A program made the position numbers and the translations under genes. Shown here one piece after another: positions 55,396 through 64,000 of a DNA stretch of 64,000 bases. This DNA is from an uncultured Clostridia bacterium (GTDB lineage: Bacteria; Bacillota; Clostridia; Oscillospirales; Acutalibacteraceae): the NCBI GenBank assembly GCA_944384855.1, contig CALWUY010000041.1, positions 1,786-65,785 on the forward strand, given 5' to 3'. The notes under the pieces are model-generated. The model searched no databases, was not told the origin of the DNA, and was given only the letters and a program-made list of their open reading frames with translations. How positions within the stretch are numbered: the stretch's first letter is position 1; each line of letters begins with the position of its first letter.

Positions 55396-55424
55396 TTGAA
55401 AAACACAAAACGATACATTATAAT
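55396..55424 (+). promoter_or_regulatory. sigma-A promoter of the aminotransferase gene
   Basis: TTGAAA (55396-55401), 17-nt spacer, TATAAT (55419-55424). Confidence 0.7.
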
Positions 55425-55448
55425 GTATAGATTATAGGAGGTCCTGTT

Positions 55449-56726
55449 ATGGCAGATTATTTTAAAATGGATAAATCACAGTTAAATGAGGAGTTCGCTC
55501 ATGTCCGCTCGGAATATGAGCGTTTGAGGTCTTTGCATCTGTCGCTTGATATGTCGAGAGGAAAACCCGGATTTGACAATATGGATTTAAGCGAAAAAAT
55601 GTTTGATCTGGTGGGAAATGACACCGGATTTAAAAATATCAGCGGAATCGACTGCCGAAACTACGGCGGACTTGACGGTCTGGCAGAGTTAAAGACTCTT
55701 TTTGCAGATCTTTTGGAGCTTGAACCCGATCAGATAATAGTCGGCGGAAATTCCTCTCTCAATATGATGTTTGATACCATTGCCCAGGCAATAACTCACG
55801 GTATGGGCGGCGAACCGTGGTACAAAACAGAGAACCGGAAATTTTTATGTCCTGTTCCGGGATATGACCGTCATTTTGCCGTAACCGAATATTTCGGTTT
55901 TGAGCTTATATCCGTTCCTACAAACGAGGAAGGTCCCGATATGGACGTAGTGGAAGAGCTCGTAAAAGACATTTCTGTCAAAGGTATATGGTGCGTTCCG
56001 AAATATTCCAACCCTGAAGGCATTACATACAGCGACCGGGTCGTAAAAAGAATGGCGGCTTTAAAACCGGCAGCCGCGGATTTCCGTATTTTCTGGGACA
56101 ACGCATACTGCGTTCACGATCTATACGGAGAAGGCGACCGGCTTCTTAATATATATGATGAATGCGTGAAAGCAGGCAACCCGGATTTACCTATTATTTT
56201 TACATCCACATCAAAAATCACATTTCCCGGAGCAGGTGTGGCGGTTGAGGCTGCAAGTCCCAACAACGTAAGTATGCTGAAAAGCCGGATGAAGTATCAG
56301 ACAATCGGGCCTGACAAACTCAACCAGCTCAGACACGCGCGTATGTTCCATACCGCCGAAGACGTCAGAAAGCACATGAAAAGACACGCCGAAATTCTGC
56401 GTCCTAAATTTGAGGCAGTATTAAACGAACTTGAAAAACAGCTCGGTGATAAGGGAATAGCCCGATGGACCAATCCTAAAGGAGGATACTTTATAAGCCT
56501 TTATGTGCCCGACGGCTGCGCCTCAAGAGTAGAGGAACTTTGCGCAAATGCAGGTATGATACTGACTCCTGCCGGCGCCACCTATCCTTACGGGAAAGAT
56601 CCGCATGACTCCAATATACGCATAGCTCCCTCCTACCCTTCAATTGACGAAATCAGCAAAGCGTCTGTCGTTCTCTGCATTGCGGTCAGATATGCCGCGC
56701 TGGAAAAGCTGCTTTCTCAGGATTGA
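55449..56726 (+). CDS. PLP-dependent aminotransferase, class I/II fold (aspartate-aminotransferase-like)
   Basis: LDMSRGKP near the N-terminus and TSTSKITFPGAGVA (PLP lysine). AGGAGG lies upstream. Confidence 0.75.
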   Translation: MADYFKMDKSQLNEEFAHVRSEYERLRSLHLSLDMSRGKPGFDNMDLSEKMFDLVGNDTGFKNISGIDCRNYGGLDGLAELKTLFADLLELEPDQIIVGGNSSLNMMFDTIAQAITHGMGGEPWYKTENRKFLCPVPGYDRHFAVTEYFGFELISVPTNEEGPDMDVVEELVKDISVKGIWCVPKYSNPEGITYSDRVVKRMAALKPAAADFRIFWDNAYCVHDLYGEGDRLLNIYDECVKAGNPDLPIIFTSTSKITFPGAGVAVEAASPNNVSMLKSRMKYQTIGPDKLNQLRHARMFHTAEDVRKHMKRHAEILRPKFEAVLNELEKQLGDKGIARWTNPKGGYFISLYVPDGCASRVEELCANAGMILTPAGATYPYGKDPHDSNIRIAPSYPSIDEISKASVVLCIAVRYAALEKLLSQD

Positions 56727-56836
56727 TTGCTGTATTTGCAAAGAAATATTGACTTTATATTTGGTTTTATGTATAATTAATTCAATATGTGTTCTCTCGC
56801 ACAGGACGCAAAAATATAAATTTGGAGGATTTGCCA

Positions 56837-58213
56837 ATGAAGTCCAAAAGAACAGGCAAGCCGGTATTTTTTATAGTATTTATTCTGATTCTGGCGCTTA
56901 CATATACCGCCTTTTTCGGCATAGAAAACTATTACGGCGATACCAGGAAGGTTTATATAAAGAGTGCTTCGGACATCCGCTGGGGTATCGATATACGCGG
57001 AGGCGTGGAAGCTGTATTCTCACCTGACAAGGAAGATATTGATATTACTTCTGATGATATGGATGCGGCAAAGCAAATCATTGAAACCCGTCTTGTCAAC
57101 AAAAACATCACAGACTATGAGGTTTATACCGACACCGACAATCACCAGATAATCGTGCGTTTCCCGTGGGAAGCCAATGAAAGCGACTTTGACGCTGCGG
57201 CGGCTGTTCAGGAATTGGGAGAGACATCACTGCTTACATTCTGCAGGAACGAAAACTCTGATGATGTTATTTTAAGCGGCGCGGCCGATATAAAGAAGGC
57301 TCAGGCAGGATTTGACGAAAACAACAGTCCTATTGTAAGTCTGTCACTTACAGATCAGGGAGCCGCAAAATTTGCAACTGCCACAGCGGAATTGGTCAAT
57401 CAGACCATTTCAATCTGGATGGATGACACTATGATACAGGCTCCTACCGTAAATCAGGCGATAACCGGAGGAGAGGCTTACATTTCAGGCATGGAGAGCG
57501 CTGAAGCGGCCAAGGAATTAGCCGATAAAATAAACGCCGGTTCACTTCCATTTGCCCTTACTGTTGATGACAGTAAGCTTCAGGTAATATCTCCCACGCT
57601 CGGTTCCGACGCACTTAATGTTATGATTATTGCAGGAGCGATAGCGTTCGGAGTTGTATGTCTGCTGATGATTCTGCGTTACCGGCTTAACGGTATTGTG
57701 GCAGCCATCGCGCTTTTGGGGCAGCTTGCCGGTTCAATAGCTTGCATTTCGGGATATTTCGGCGGTACAGACAGTTTCACTCTTACTATACCGGGTATTG
57801 CGGGTATTATCCTTTCGATAGGCGTTGGTGTGGACTGCAACGTTATTGCTTCGGAACGTATACGTGACGAGTTCAAAAAAGGCAAAACAATTGACGGAGC
57901 GATTGACAGCGGATTTAAAAACAGCTTAAGCGCTATTATAGACGGTAACGTGACAATCGTTATAGTTTCAATAGTTTTGATGGGTGCTTTCGGTACACCG
58001 GACAGCTTAATAGCCAAAATATTCTCTCCGCTTATGTCACTATTCGGTTCACAGATCACAGGTTCTATATATTCGTTCGGTTACACCCTTTTAGTAGGAA
58101 CAATCTTCAATTTAATAATGGGCGTTCTTGCCTCCAAACTTATGTTAAAGAGTATTTCTCAGCTTAAGCCTTTTAGAAAACCCTGGTTATACGGAGGTAA
58201 GACTAATGCGTGA
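56837..58213 (+). CDS. secD: protein translocase subunit SecD
   Basis: N-terminal TM helix, a periplasmic-type domain, and the C-terminal six-TM region with GIAGIILSIGVGVDCNVI. GGAGG lies before the ATG at 56837. The track start is 56789. Confidence 0.9.
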   Translation: MKSKRTGKPVFFIVFILILALTYTAFFGIENYYGDTRKVYIKSASDIRWGIDIRGGVEAVFSPDKEDIDITSDDMDAAKQIIETRLVNKNITDYEVYTDTDNHQIIVRFPWEANESDFDAAAAVQELGETSLLTFCRNENSDDVILSGAADIKKAQAGFDENNSPIVSLSLTDQGAAKFATATAELVNQTISIWMDDTMIQAPTVNQAITGGEAYISGMESAEAAKELADKINAGSLPFALTVDDSKLQVISPTLGSDALNVMIIAGAIAFGVVCLLMILRYRLNGIVAAIALLGQLAGSIACISGYFGGTDSFTLTIPGIAGIILSIGVGVDCNVIASERIRDEFKKGKTIDGAIDSGFKNSLSAIIDGNVTIVIVSIVLMGAFGTPDSLIAKIFSPLMSLFGSQITGSIYSFGYTLLVGTIFNLIMGVLASKLMLKSISQLKPFRKPWLYGGKTNA

Positions 58214-59153
58214 TTTTAATATTGATTTCAATAAAACTTTTAAGCCTATAATTATTATTTATGCGATAATTTTTATTGCCGGTATTATAATCGGAGCTGT
58301 ATTTGGTGTCAATCTTGACATCAACTTCAGCGGCGGTACAAAAATTTCATATTCATATACCGGAGATATTGCGGAAAGCGATTTCAAAGCCGCGGTTGAG
58401 GAAAATCTGGACAACTCATTCACACTTACCCAGAGCACTTCTTTGGCAGGCGACACAAAAACCTACGATATTTCACTTGTAGGGAAAAATGCGCTTTCGG
58501 CTGAAAATCAGGAAAAGCTTTATGACGCGCTTTCCGAAAAATTCAAAGATAACGATGTAAAGCTTTATAACTCCAATTCAGTAAGCGCTTCGATGGCAGG
58601 TTCATTCTTTGTCAAAAGTCTTGTTGCCGTAATTATAACCGCTGTTTTTGTTGTAATTTATGTGGGTATAAGATTCAGGAAAATCGGCGGTGTTTCCGCG
58701 GCGCTTACGGCTCTTGCCGCATTGGTATTTGACGTATTAATAGTATTCTTCACATGTGTGTTTTTCAGACTTCAGATCGACCTTAACTTTGTAGCGGTAA
58801 TTCTTACCATGCTGGGTTATTCGTTAAATGATACCATAGTCATTTACGACCGTATCCGTGAAAACCGAAATCTCAATCCCGATATGGAAATAGGAGATCT
58901 TATAAATCTCAGCATCAACAAAGTTCTTGTACGAAATATCGTAACAACTGTGACCACCATACTCGCAGTCGTCACCATAATTGTTGTATCCGAGCTTTAC
59001 GGTCTTACAACGCTGCGCACCTTTGCCATTCCCATGGCATTCGGTCTGGTTTCCGGATGCATAAGCTCAGTATTCGTTTCAGGTCCTTTGTGGGTAATAT
59101 GGAAAAGATATAAAGCAAATAAAGTTTCAAACAAAGCAAAAAAAACAGCGTAA
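58206..59153 (+). CDS. secF: protein translocase subunit SecF
   Basis: ...GYSLNDTIVIYDRIREN... is the SecF signature. It overlaps secD by 8 nt. Confidence 0.9.
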   Translation: MRDFNIDFNKTFKPIIIIYAIIFIAGIIIGAVFGVNLDINFSGGTKISYSYTGDIAESDFKAAVEENLDNSFTLTQSTSLAGDTKTYDISLVGKNALSAENQEKLYDALSEKFKDNDVKLYNSNSVSASMAGSFFVKSLVAVIITAVFVVIYVGIRFRKIGGVSAALTALAALVFDVLIVFFTCVFFRLQIDLNFVAVILTMLGYSLNDTIVIYDRIRENRNLNPDMEIGDLINLSINKVLVRNIVTTVTTILAVVTIIVVSELYGLTTLRTFAIPMAFGLVSGCISSVFVSGPLWVIWKRYKANKVSNKAKKTA

Positions 59154-59167
59154 CCGCTGTTTAAGAC

Positions 59168-59207
59168 AGACAGCATCAGACTGATTAGTCTGATGCTGTC
59201 TTTTTTT
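59168..59207. terminator. intrinsic terminator after secF
   Basis: agacagcatcagac-tgatta-gtctgatgctgtct, followed by a T7 run. Confidence 0.88.
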
Positions 59208-59235
59208 AATAAACTGAAACATAAAATCCATATAT

Positions 59236-60510
59236 TCAAAATATCAGTTTCTGAATACTTTCTGCATCAATATCTCTTAAATTCTTTCTTTGCTTCACAG
59301 ACAATGCCGCCGCCGCACCGCAGGCTTCCCCAATGCCTACACATATCGGCATTGCTCTAAAGTTGGAATGAGCCATGTGGGTTCCGCTTATATTTCGGCC
59401 TGAAAGCAGCAGTCCGTCTACTTTTTCGGGTACTAAACAGCCGTAAGGAATTGTGTACCCATTCTCCTGGCTGAATTCCTTTTGGACTCCCGTTTTGTCA
59501 AGTCCCGCGCCTGTGATATTATGAACGTCAAAATTAAAGTGAGCGCCCTTAACCACCGCGTCATCAAACTGCCTGGCTTCCAAAATATCGGTTTCGGTCA
59601 GCTGACTCACACCTTTGAAATGTCTCGTTTCCCTGATACCTATCAATGACGCCGCACTGATTATATAACAGTTTTCATATCCGGGAGCGTATTCACGCAG
59701 AAAACTCACTATCGGTTCCATTTGGCTGCGGCAGGTAAGTTCAGCTCGGGTAAGGTCTTCCGTAATTGTACCGTCAATATCTGTGCAGTTAGTCATATTG
59801 CAGGTAACTATTCCCGGAAGGCTCGATTTATAAAGCAGTACGTGGCCTGCCGGAGAAGGTAATTTTTTCCGTGCCAATGCCTGAAGCTCCCCCTTTTCCG
59901 TCTGAACCTCAGTCTCAAAACTGCCGGGAAAAACCGCCCTCGAATAATCAACTCCGCCGACCTTAAACATTAAGGTTGCCGGCTGCATTTTGCCGTCCGA
60001 CTCTCTTCCCTTAAAATACTCCGCACCGGCTTTAGCCGCAACGTCTCCGTCCCCGGTACAGTCAATTATAATCTGCGCGGTATAGGCCATACGTCCGCTT
60101 TTACCCTCTGTTATAATACCTGTCAAACGGTTGTTATCTGTTATAGCTCCGCAGCAAAATGTATACAGCAAAAGATCGACCCCGGCTGCCCTGAGCATTT
60201 CGCAATACGTAATTTTCAACAGTTCGGGATCTATTGCTATTGTGCATTCGCCGGTATTGTAGGGGTTTTTATCTGCGGAATACTGTAATATTTCACGGTA
60301 CAGTTTACTGTCGCATGTTCCGGTAAAATGGGACATCAGTCCCGTAGTGGATATTCCTCCCACAGATCCCTGCCATTCAATAAGCAAGACTTTCATACCG
60401 TTTCTCGCAGCCGTTACAGAAGCCGACATCCCCGAAGGCCCCGAACCTACCACAATGACGTCATATCTGTCGTTTAAAGGTATCTGTTTTTCTTTCTCCC
60501 TATATGTCAT
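59236..60510 (-). CDS. FAD-dependent oxidoreductase (GIDA/FAD_oxidored-like)
   Basis: The N-terminal Rossmann motif YDVIVVGSGPSGMSASVTAARNG. Confidence 0.7.
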   Translation of the reverse strand: MTYREKEKQIPLNDRYDVIVVGSGPSGMSASVTAARNGMKVLLIEWQGSVGGISTTGLMSHFTGTCDSKLYREILQYSADKNPYNTGECTIAIDPELLKITYCEMLRAAGVDLLLYTFCCGAITDNNRLTGIITEGKSGRMAYTAQIIIDCTGDGDVAAKAGAEYFKGRESDGKMQPATLMFKVGGVDYSRAVFPGSFETEVQTEKGELQALARKKLPSPAGHVLLYKSSLPGIVTCNMTNCTDIDGTITEDLTRAELTCRSQMEPIVSFLREYAPGYENCYIISAASLIGIRETRHFKGVSQLTETDILEARQFDDAVVKGAHFNFDVHNITGAGLDKTGVQKEFSQENGYTIPYGCLVPEKVDGLLLSGRNISGTHMAHSNFRAMPICVGIGEACGAAAALSVKQRKNLRDIDAESIQKLIF

Positions 60511-60601
60511 AATGACTCTCCCTTGACAAATTATATACTTTCAGTATAATAAACTTAAACCTTAGTTTCAGCAGCATTTATGCAGCAAAAGTTACAATTT
60601 C

Positions 60602-61456
60602 GTGCAAAGGGTGATAACAACGGATATCCATTCAAAGAACATCATTGCATATATCGAATATTTGAAAGTCTCCGGTTTTACCGTTACTCTCCACGGAGCG
60701 TTCATTAACAACAGTGTATTTATGAATTACAATTATCATCAAAATCCGTACTGTCACTACGTTAAAACCGTTTACGGCAAATGGGATATATGTATAAAAA
60801 ATCAGCAGAAAGTAATGAGGATGTCAGAAAAGGGTTCGTTTTTCGGCTGCTGCTATGCCGGTGTAGGTGAATTTGTGTATCCGGTGGAGATCGACGGAAA
60901 GGTCAGCGGATTTGTTTCGGTAAGCGGATACAAAGGCCGTATGACAGCAGATAAAAGCAATCGCTTTGCGCTAAAGTATTCTCTTGAAAAAGATGAAATC
61001 AAAAGACTTTGCGATAAATATTTGAAAGCCGATATTCCGGATAAAGCAATGATAGACGCGGTTATTGAACCTCTGGTATTTATGATTGAAGATTATTTTT
61101 CAAGACACCGCGAGGATTTAAGCGCCGAATGGCAGCTCTATCATAAAGTTTTGCGATATGTTACCGAGAACTGCCACAACCGTATCACTATGAAACAGTT
61201 AAGCTGTCAGTTCAATTACAGTGTTTCCACTTTAAGCCATTTGTTTTTAAAAAACTCGGGCAAAAGTCTGCCCGAGTTCATAGATGATCTGCGCCTCAAT
61301 GAAGCAAAATGGTATCTTGCAAACAGTAATACCAGCATTACAGAAATCGCCCTGTTTTTAGGTTATAACAGCAGTAACTACTTTTCCACGGTATTCAAAT
61401 CAAAACAGGGTATTACGCCGCGTGAATACCGCAGGAACTCACAGGATTTCAAATGA
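60602..61456 (+). CDS. AraC family regulator with a PocR-like N-terminal sensor domain
   Basis: Cys-containing sensor pattern (CHYVK..GKWDIC...FFGCCYAGVGEFVYPVEIDGKVSGFVSVSGY) and a C-terminal AraC HTH (ITEIALFLGYNSSNYFSTVFKSKQGITPREY). Confidence 0.75.
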   Translation: MQRVITTDIHSKNIIAYIEYLKVSGFTVTLHGAFINNSVFMNYNYHQNPYCHYVKTVYGKWDICIKNQQKVMRMSEKGSFFGCCYAGVGEFVYPVEIDGKVSGFVSVSGYKGRMTADKSNRFALKYSLEKDEIKRLCDKYLKADIPDKAMIDAVIEPLVFMIEDYFSRHREDLSAEWQLYHKVLRYVTENCHNRITMKQLSCQFNYSVSTLSHLFLKNSGKSLPEFIDDLRLNEAKWYLANSNTSITEIALFLGYNSSNYFSTVFKSKQGITPREYRRNSQDFK

Positions 61457-63136
61457 AAATACCCTGAATTCCTTACAGCCGTATGTTGACTTTGGTATAA
61501 AACGTATTTTTGAGACATTCCAGTCCACATTAAGCCTTACAAATCTCTGATGGTTTTCCTCAATTTTTAAAGTACATACCGTGCCGTCGGTTTTTATCCC
61601 GGAAATTTCATAGGATTTTATCAGCGTTTCAGATATTTTATATCCTGTTTCCTCCAGCGGATAGCAACAGGGCATATTATGATCTTTGCGGTTCAAATCG
61701 CTGTCAAATATAAGCCGTATCGCGCTTACATGTGTATCCCTATCGAAAATGTATTCAACTGTATCCCCGTCTTTTCCTATCCAGCAGTTTTCCTCTCCCC
61801 TGTCAAGACCGCTGCGGATAATCTCCGACGTACAGCGGCTGTTTTTTGAAAGCTGTGAAATTTCTCTTTTGTGCCATGGAAGATAACAGTCATCGTCCAT
61901 CAAAGTATTCTGCAGAGCTTTTATTTCTATATTTCTAATGTCGGTATCCGTTTTTACGGCCTGTGCGACAGCCGTTCCCAAAGCCTGACCTAAAATCCCG
62001 CAGGTAGCCATAACGCGGCTTGAGCTGAGCGCCGCATGGGTAACGCTTATATTTCTCCCGGCAAAAACCAGATTTTTTATGTTTTGGGAAATCATAGCCC
62101 TGAGCGGCAGTCCCCACGGCTGCGGCGCCGGATGAAAAATCGTAGGATAACCTTCGGTATAATAAAATCCTTCGGGGAAATGATCATCCATACTCCAGCC
62201 GGCATAGGCTACCAGATCCTCAAACCTTCCCTCTGCCTCAACATCATTCTGCGTTACGGTATATTCTCCTATATACCTCCGGCTCTCTCTTTTGCCCGGC
62301 AAAAAACCTATCCAGTCAAGTTCCCAGTTTTCCGCGCCGTGGTCTCCCCGGTTTTTCATATGATCCCAGACGCCTAAACAAATTTTCAGAAGCTCATCCC
62401 GGCAGCGGTCTGTATCGTGAATACAGTCCCATTCGCCTCCCAGTTCAATCCACCAGAAGTTATCTCCTATAAAATGGTCCTTATACGGAAGACTTTCATC
62501 AGTCTCGTATTTATAAGCCCATTCATAAGGTGTAAACTTAACCGGACCTTCAGTTTCACGTATCTGAAACAGACAGCTCATCCCCATGGTTTTTTTATCA
62601 GCCTGCTCAGGAGGTATCGTTTCATTGAATTCGGATTTGGCCTCTCTGCCGTACCTGTATCCCGCGCCGCTCAGCGGCGCTAAAATCGAATCCCCCGAAC
62701 AATCGGCAAAATACCTTGCGCTTACAATATGAAAGGTTTCGGCATTAGACTGCCATGCCTTTACACTTTTGATTTCTCCGTTTTCCGTCACAGCGTCAAA
62801 AACCGCGCTGTTTAAAAGCAAGGTAATGTTTTTCTCTGATTTCACCTTGGAATAAAGCGTAAGATCCCAAACTGTATATTTCAGTCCGGGATTATTATAT
62901 AAATTTTCAAGCAGCAGTTCTTCTACTATACCTGTCTCCCTGTTGTCTTTTCCGTGACAGCCGCATACCCACATTCTTATTTCACTTGACGAATTCCCTC
63001 CAAGTACGGCTCTGTCCTGAATCAGTACTACCTTTATTCCGTGGCGTGCAGCTGCTATCGCAGTGCAAATTCCTGATAACCCGCCTCCGACTACGCACAG
63101 TTGGGTATTGTAATTAACAGTCTTCAAACTAATCAC
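61439..63136 (-). CDS. FAD-dependent oxidoreductase with an extra C-terminal beta-rich domain
   Basis: The N-terminal motif LCVVGGGLSGICTAIAAARHG. 565 aa. Its 3' end overlaps the convergent AraC gene by 18 nt. Confidence 0.7.
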   Translation of the reverse strand: MISLKTVNYNTQLCVVGGGLSGICTAIAAARHGIKVVLIQDRAVLGGNSSSEIRMWVCGCHGKDNRETGIVEELLLENLYNNPGLKYTVWDLTLYSKVKSEKNITLLLNSAVFDAVTENGEIKSVKAWQSNAETFHIVSARYFADCSGDSILAPLSGAGYRYGREAKSEFNETIPPEQADKKTMGMSCLFQIRETEGPVKFTPYEWAYKYETDESLPYKDHFIGDNFWWIELGGEWDCIHDTDRCRDELLKICLGVWDHMKNRGDHGAENWELDWIGFLPGKRESRRYIGEYTVTQNDVEAEGRFEDLVAYAGWSMDDHFPEGFYYTEGYPTIFHPAPQPWGLPLRAMISQNIKNLVFAGRNISVTHAALSSSRVMATCGILGQALGTAVAQAVKTDTDIRNIEIKALQNTLMDDDCYLPWHKREISQLSKNSRCTSEIIRSGLDRGEENCWIGKDGDTVEYIFDRDTHVSAIRLIFDSDLNRKDHNMPCCYPLEETGYKISETLIKSYEISGIKTDGTVCTLKIEENHQRFVRLNVDWNVSKIRFIPKSTYGCKEFRVFSFEIL

Positions 63137-63264
63137 CTCAAATAAAAATATATCATATTAAAAAAACTGTTAACATCAAAACCGTGCATAAAATATACAG
63201 TATTATGCAAACCATATACCGTAAATAATATAAATTTATAACTTTTGATTTTTTTATTATATGT

Positions 63265-63300
63265 AAAAGAGTCCGGATACTTGAAAATCCGGACTCTTTT
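63265..63300. terminator. intrinsic terminator
   Basis: aaaagagtccgga-tacttgaaaa-tccggactctttt. Confidence 0.8.
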
Positions 63301-63354
63301 ACTGTTTATAATAATATTTTTTTACCGTAACAATTTCACTTTTAAATTACTCAC

Positions 63355-64000
63355 TCAGTCGATGATAATCTCCAACTGATTTGCATCGGGAAACTTCGGA
63401 TATACATCATCAAGCGTATCTGAATACCAATACGCCACAGAAGAAATATCATCCTGCAAAGGACAGTATCTTCCCTCGCTGCGCCACCCCAAAGCCTGTA
63501 TTGTAACCTTCAGATCTTTTTTGAAGTATATAGGGTCAACTATATGCCAGCGATACATATTAAAGTACGGCTGCACCCTGTAAAGCTTATCGGTCTCACC
63601 GAGTTTATACATTCCGCTGTACGGCGTAGTGTATTCAACGTATTTCCCGTCAACGTCAAAATTATATGCCCCGCAAAAATAATCTTCCGTCCCGGTGCCG
63701 CAGATGGAAGGATATTCCGTATCACCGTCAATATAAAACTTTATTTCGCCTTCGCCCCACCATTTATTGCTTTTTACTCCCCAATACATATATGTTCCGA
63801 CATATTTGCCGTTTCCTTTGATATCATCGAGTATAGTATACGGCTGCATATACGGCAGAGGATTTGTTCTTCTGAACTGAGCGTGAAAATACAGTGAATC
63901 CTCAGGGATTTCCTTTTCTTCACAGTCTATCTGATAGTAAACCACATAATCTCTTACGCCTATATTCTCTATTTCTATCTTAAAACCTTTAAAATACGGC
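63355..64000 (-). CDS. DUF2961 / glycoside hydrolase family 172-like protein, partial (N-terminus lies beyond the window)
   Basis: WWGEGEIKFYIDGDTEYPSICGTGTEDYFCGAYNF is the DUF2961 signature. The reading frame stays open from 63945 to the window edge. Confidence 0.75.
   Translation of the reverse strand, partial: PYFKGFKIEIENIGVRDYVVYYQIDCEEKEIPEDSLYFHAQFRRTNPLPYMQPYTILDDIKGNGKYVGTYMYWGVKSNKWWGEGEIKFYIDGDTEYPSICGTGTEDYFCGAYNFDVDGKYVEYTTPYSGMYKLGETDKLYRVQPYFNMYRWHIVDPIYFKKDLKVTIQALGWRSEGRYCPLQDDISSVAYWYSDTLDDVYPKFPDANQLEIIID

Overview
This is a dense chromosomal segment from a low-GC Gram-positive anaerobe. The gene content is Clostridia-like, and a dockerin-bearing protein suggests a cellulosome-producing Ruminococcaceae/Oscillospiraceae-type organism; that placement is inference only. 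I can support about 60 protein genes, 2 tRNAs (Glu-UUC, Met-CAU), an L10-leader/rplJL unit, several near-consensus sigma-A promoters and many hairpin terminators. I saw no rRNA, CRISPR array, phage genes or transposase. Housekeeping genes include xerC-like, hemW, lepA, rplJL, folD, lgt, an M16 peptidase pair, cls, nnr, cysK and secDF. Five regions deserve a second look. (1) A compact six-gene bacterial microcompartment operon (about 14.3-17.4 kb) encodes a class II aldolase, a DUF336 protein, two BMC-H, one BMC-P and PduL. All three non-shell proteins carry encapsulation-peptide-like helices, and no aldehyde dehydrogenase or known signature enzyme is present in the window. (2) A four-gene operon (49.3-55.3 kb) encodes two ABC exporter half-transporters with homologous zinc-ribbon N-domains, a DUF1854 protein between them, and a translationally coupled DagK-like lipid kinase. 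(3) A roughly 1200-aa secreted protein built of seven repeat modules plus a dockerin is split by one in-frame TAG at 46218-46220. (4) Six tandem perfect stem-loops fill one intergenic gap (3412-3680). (5) An orphan PqqD-like gene overlaps an ABC exporter gene (36.6-38.5 kb). All function calls come from motif recognition by eye; no database search was run.
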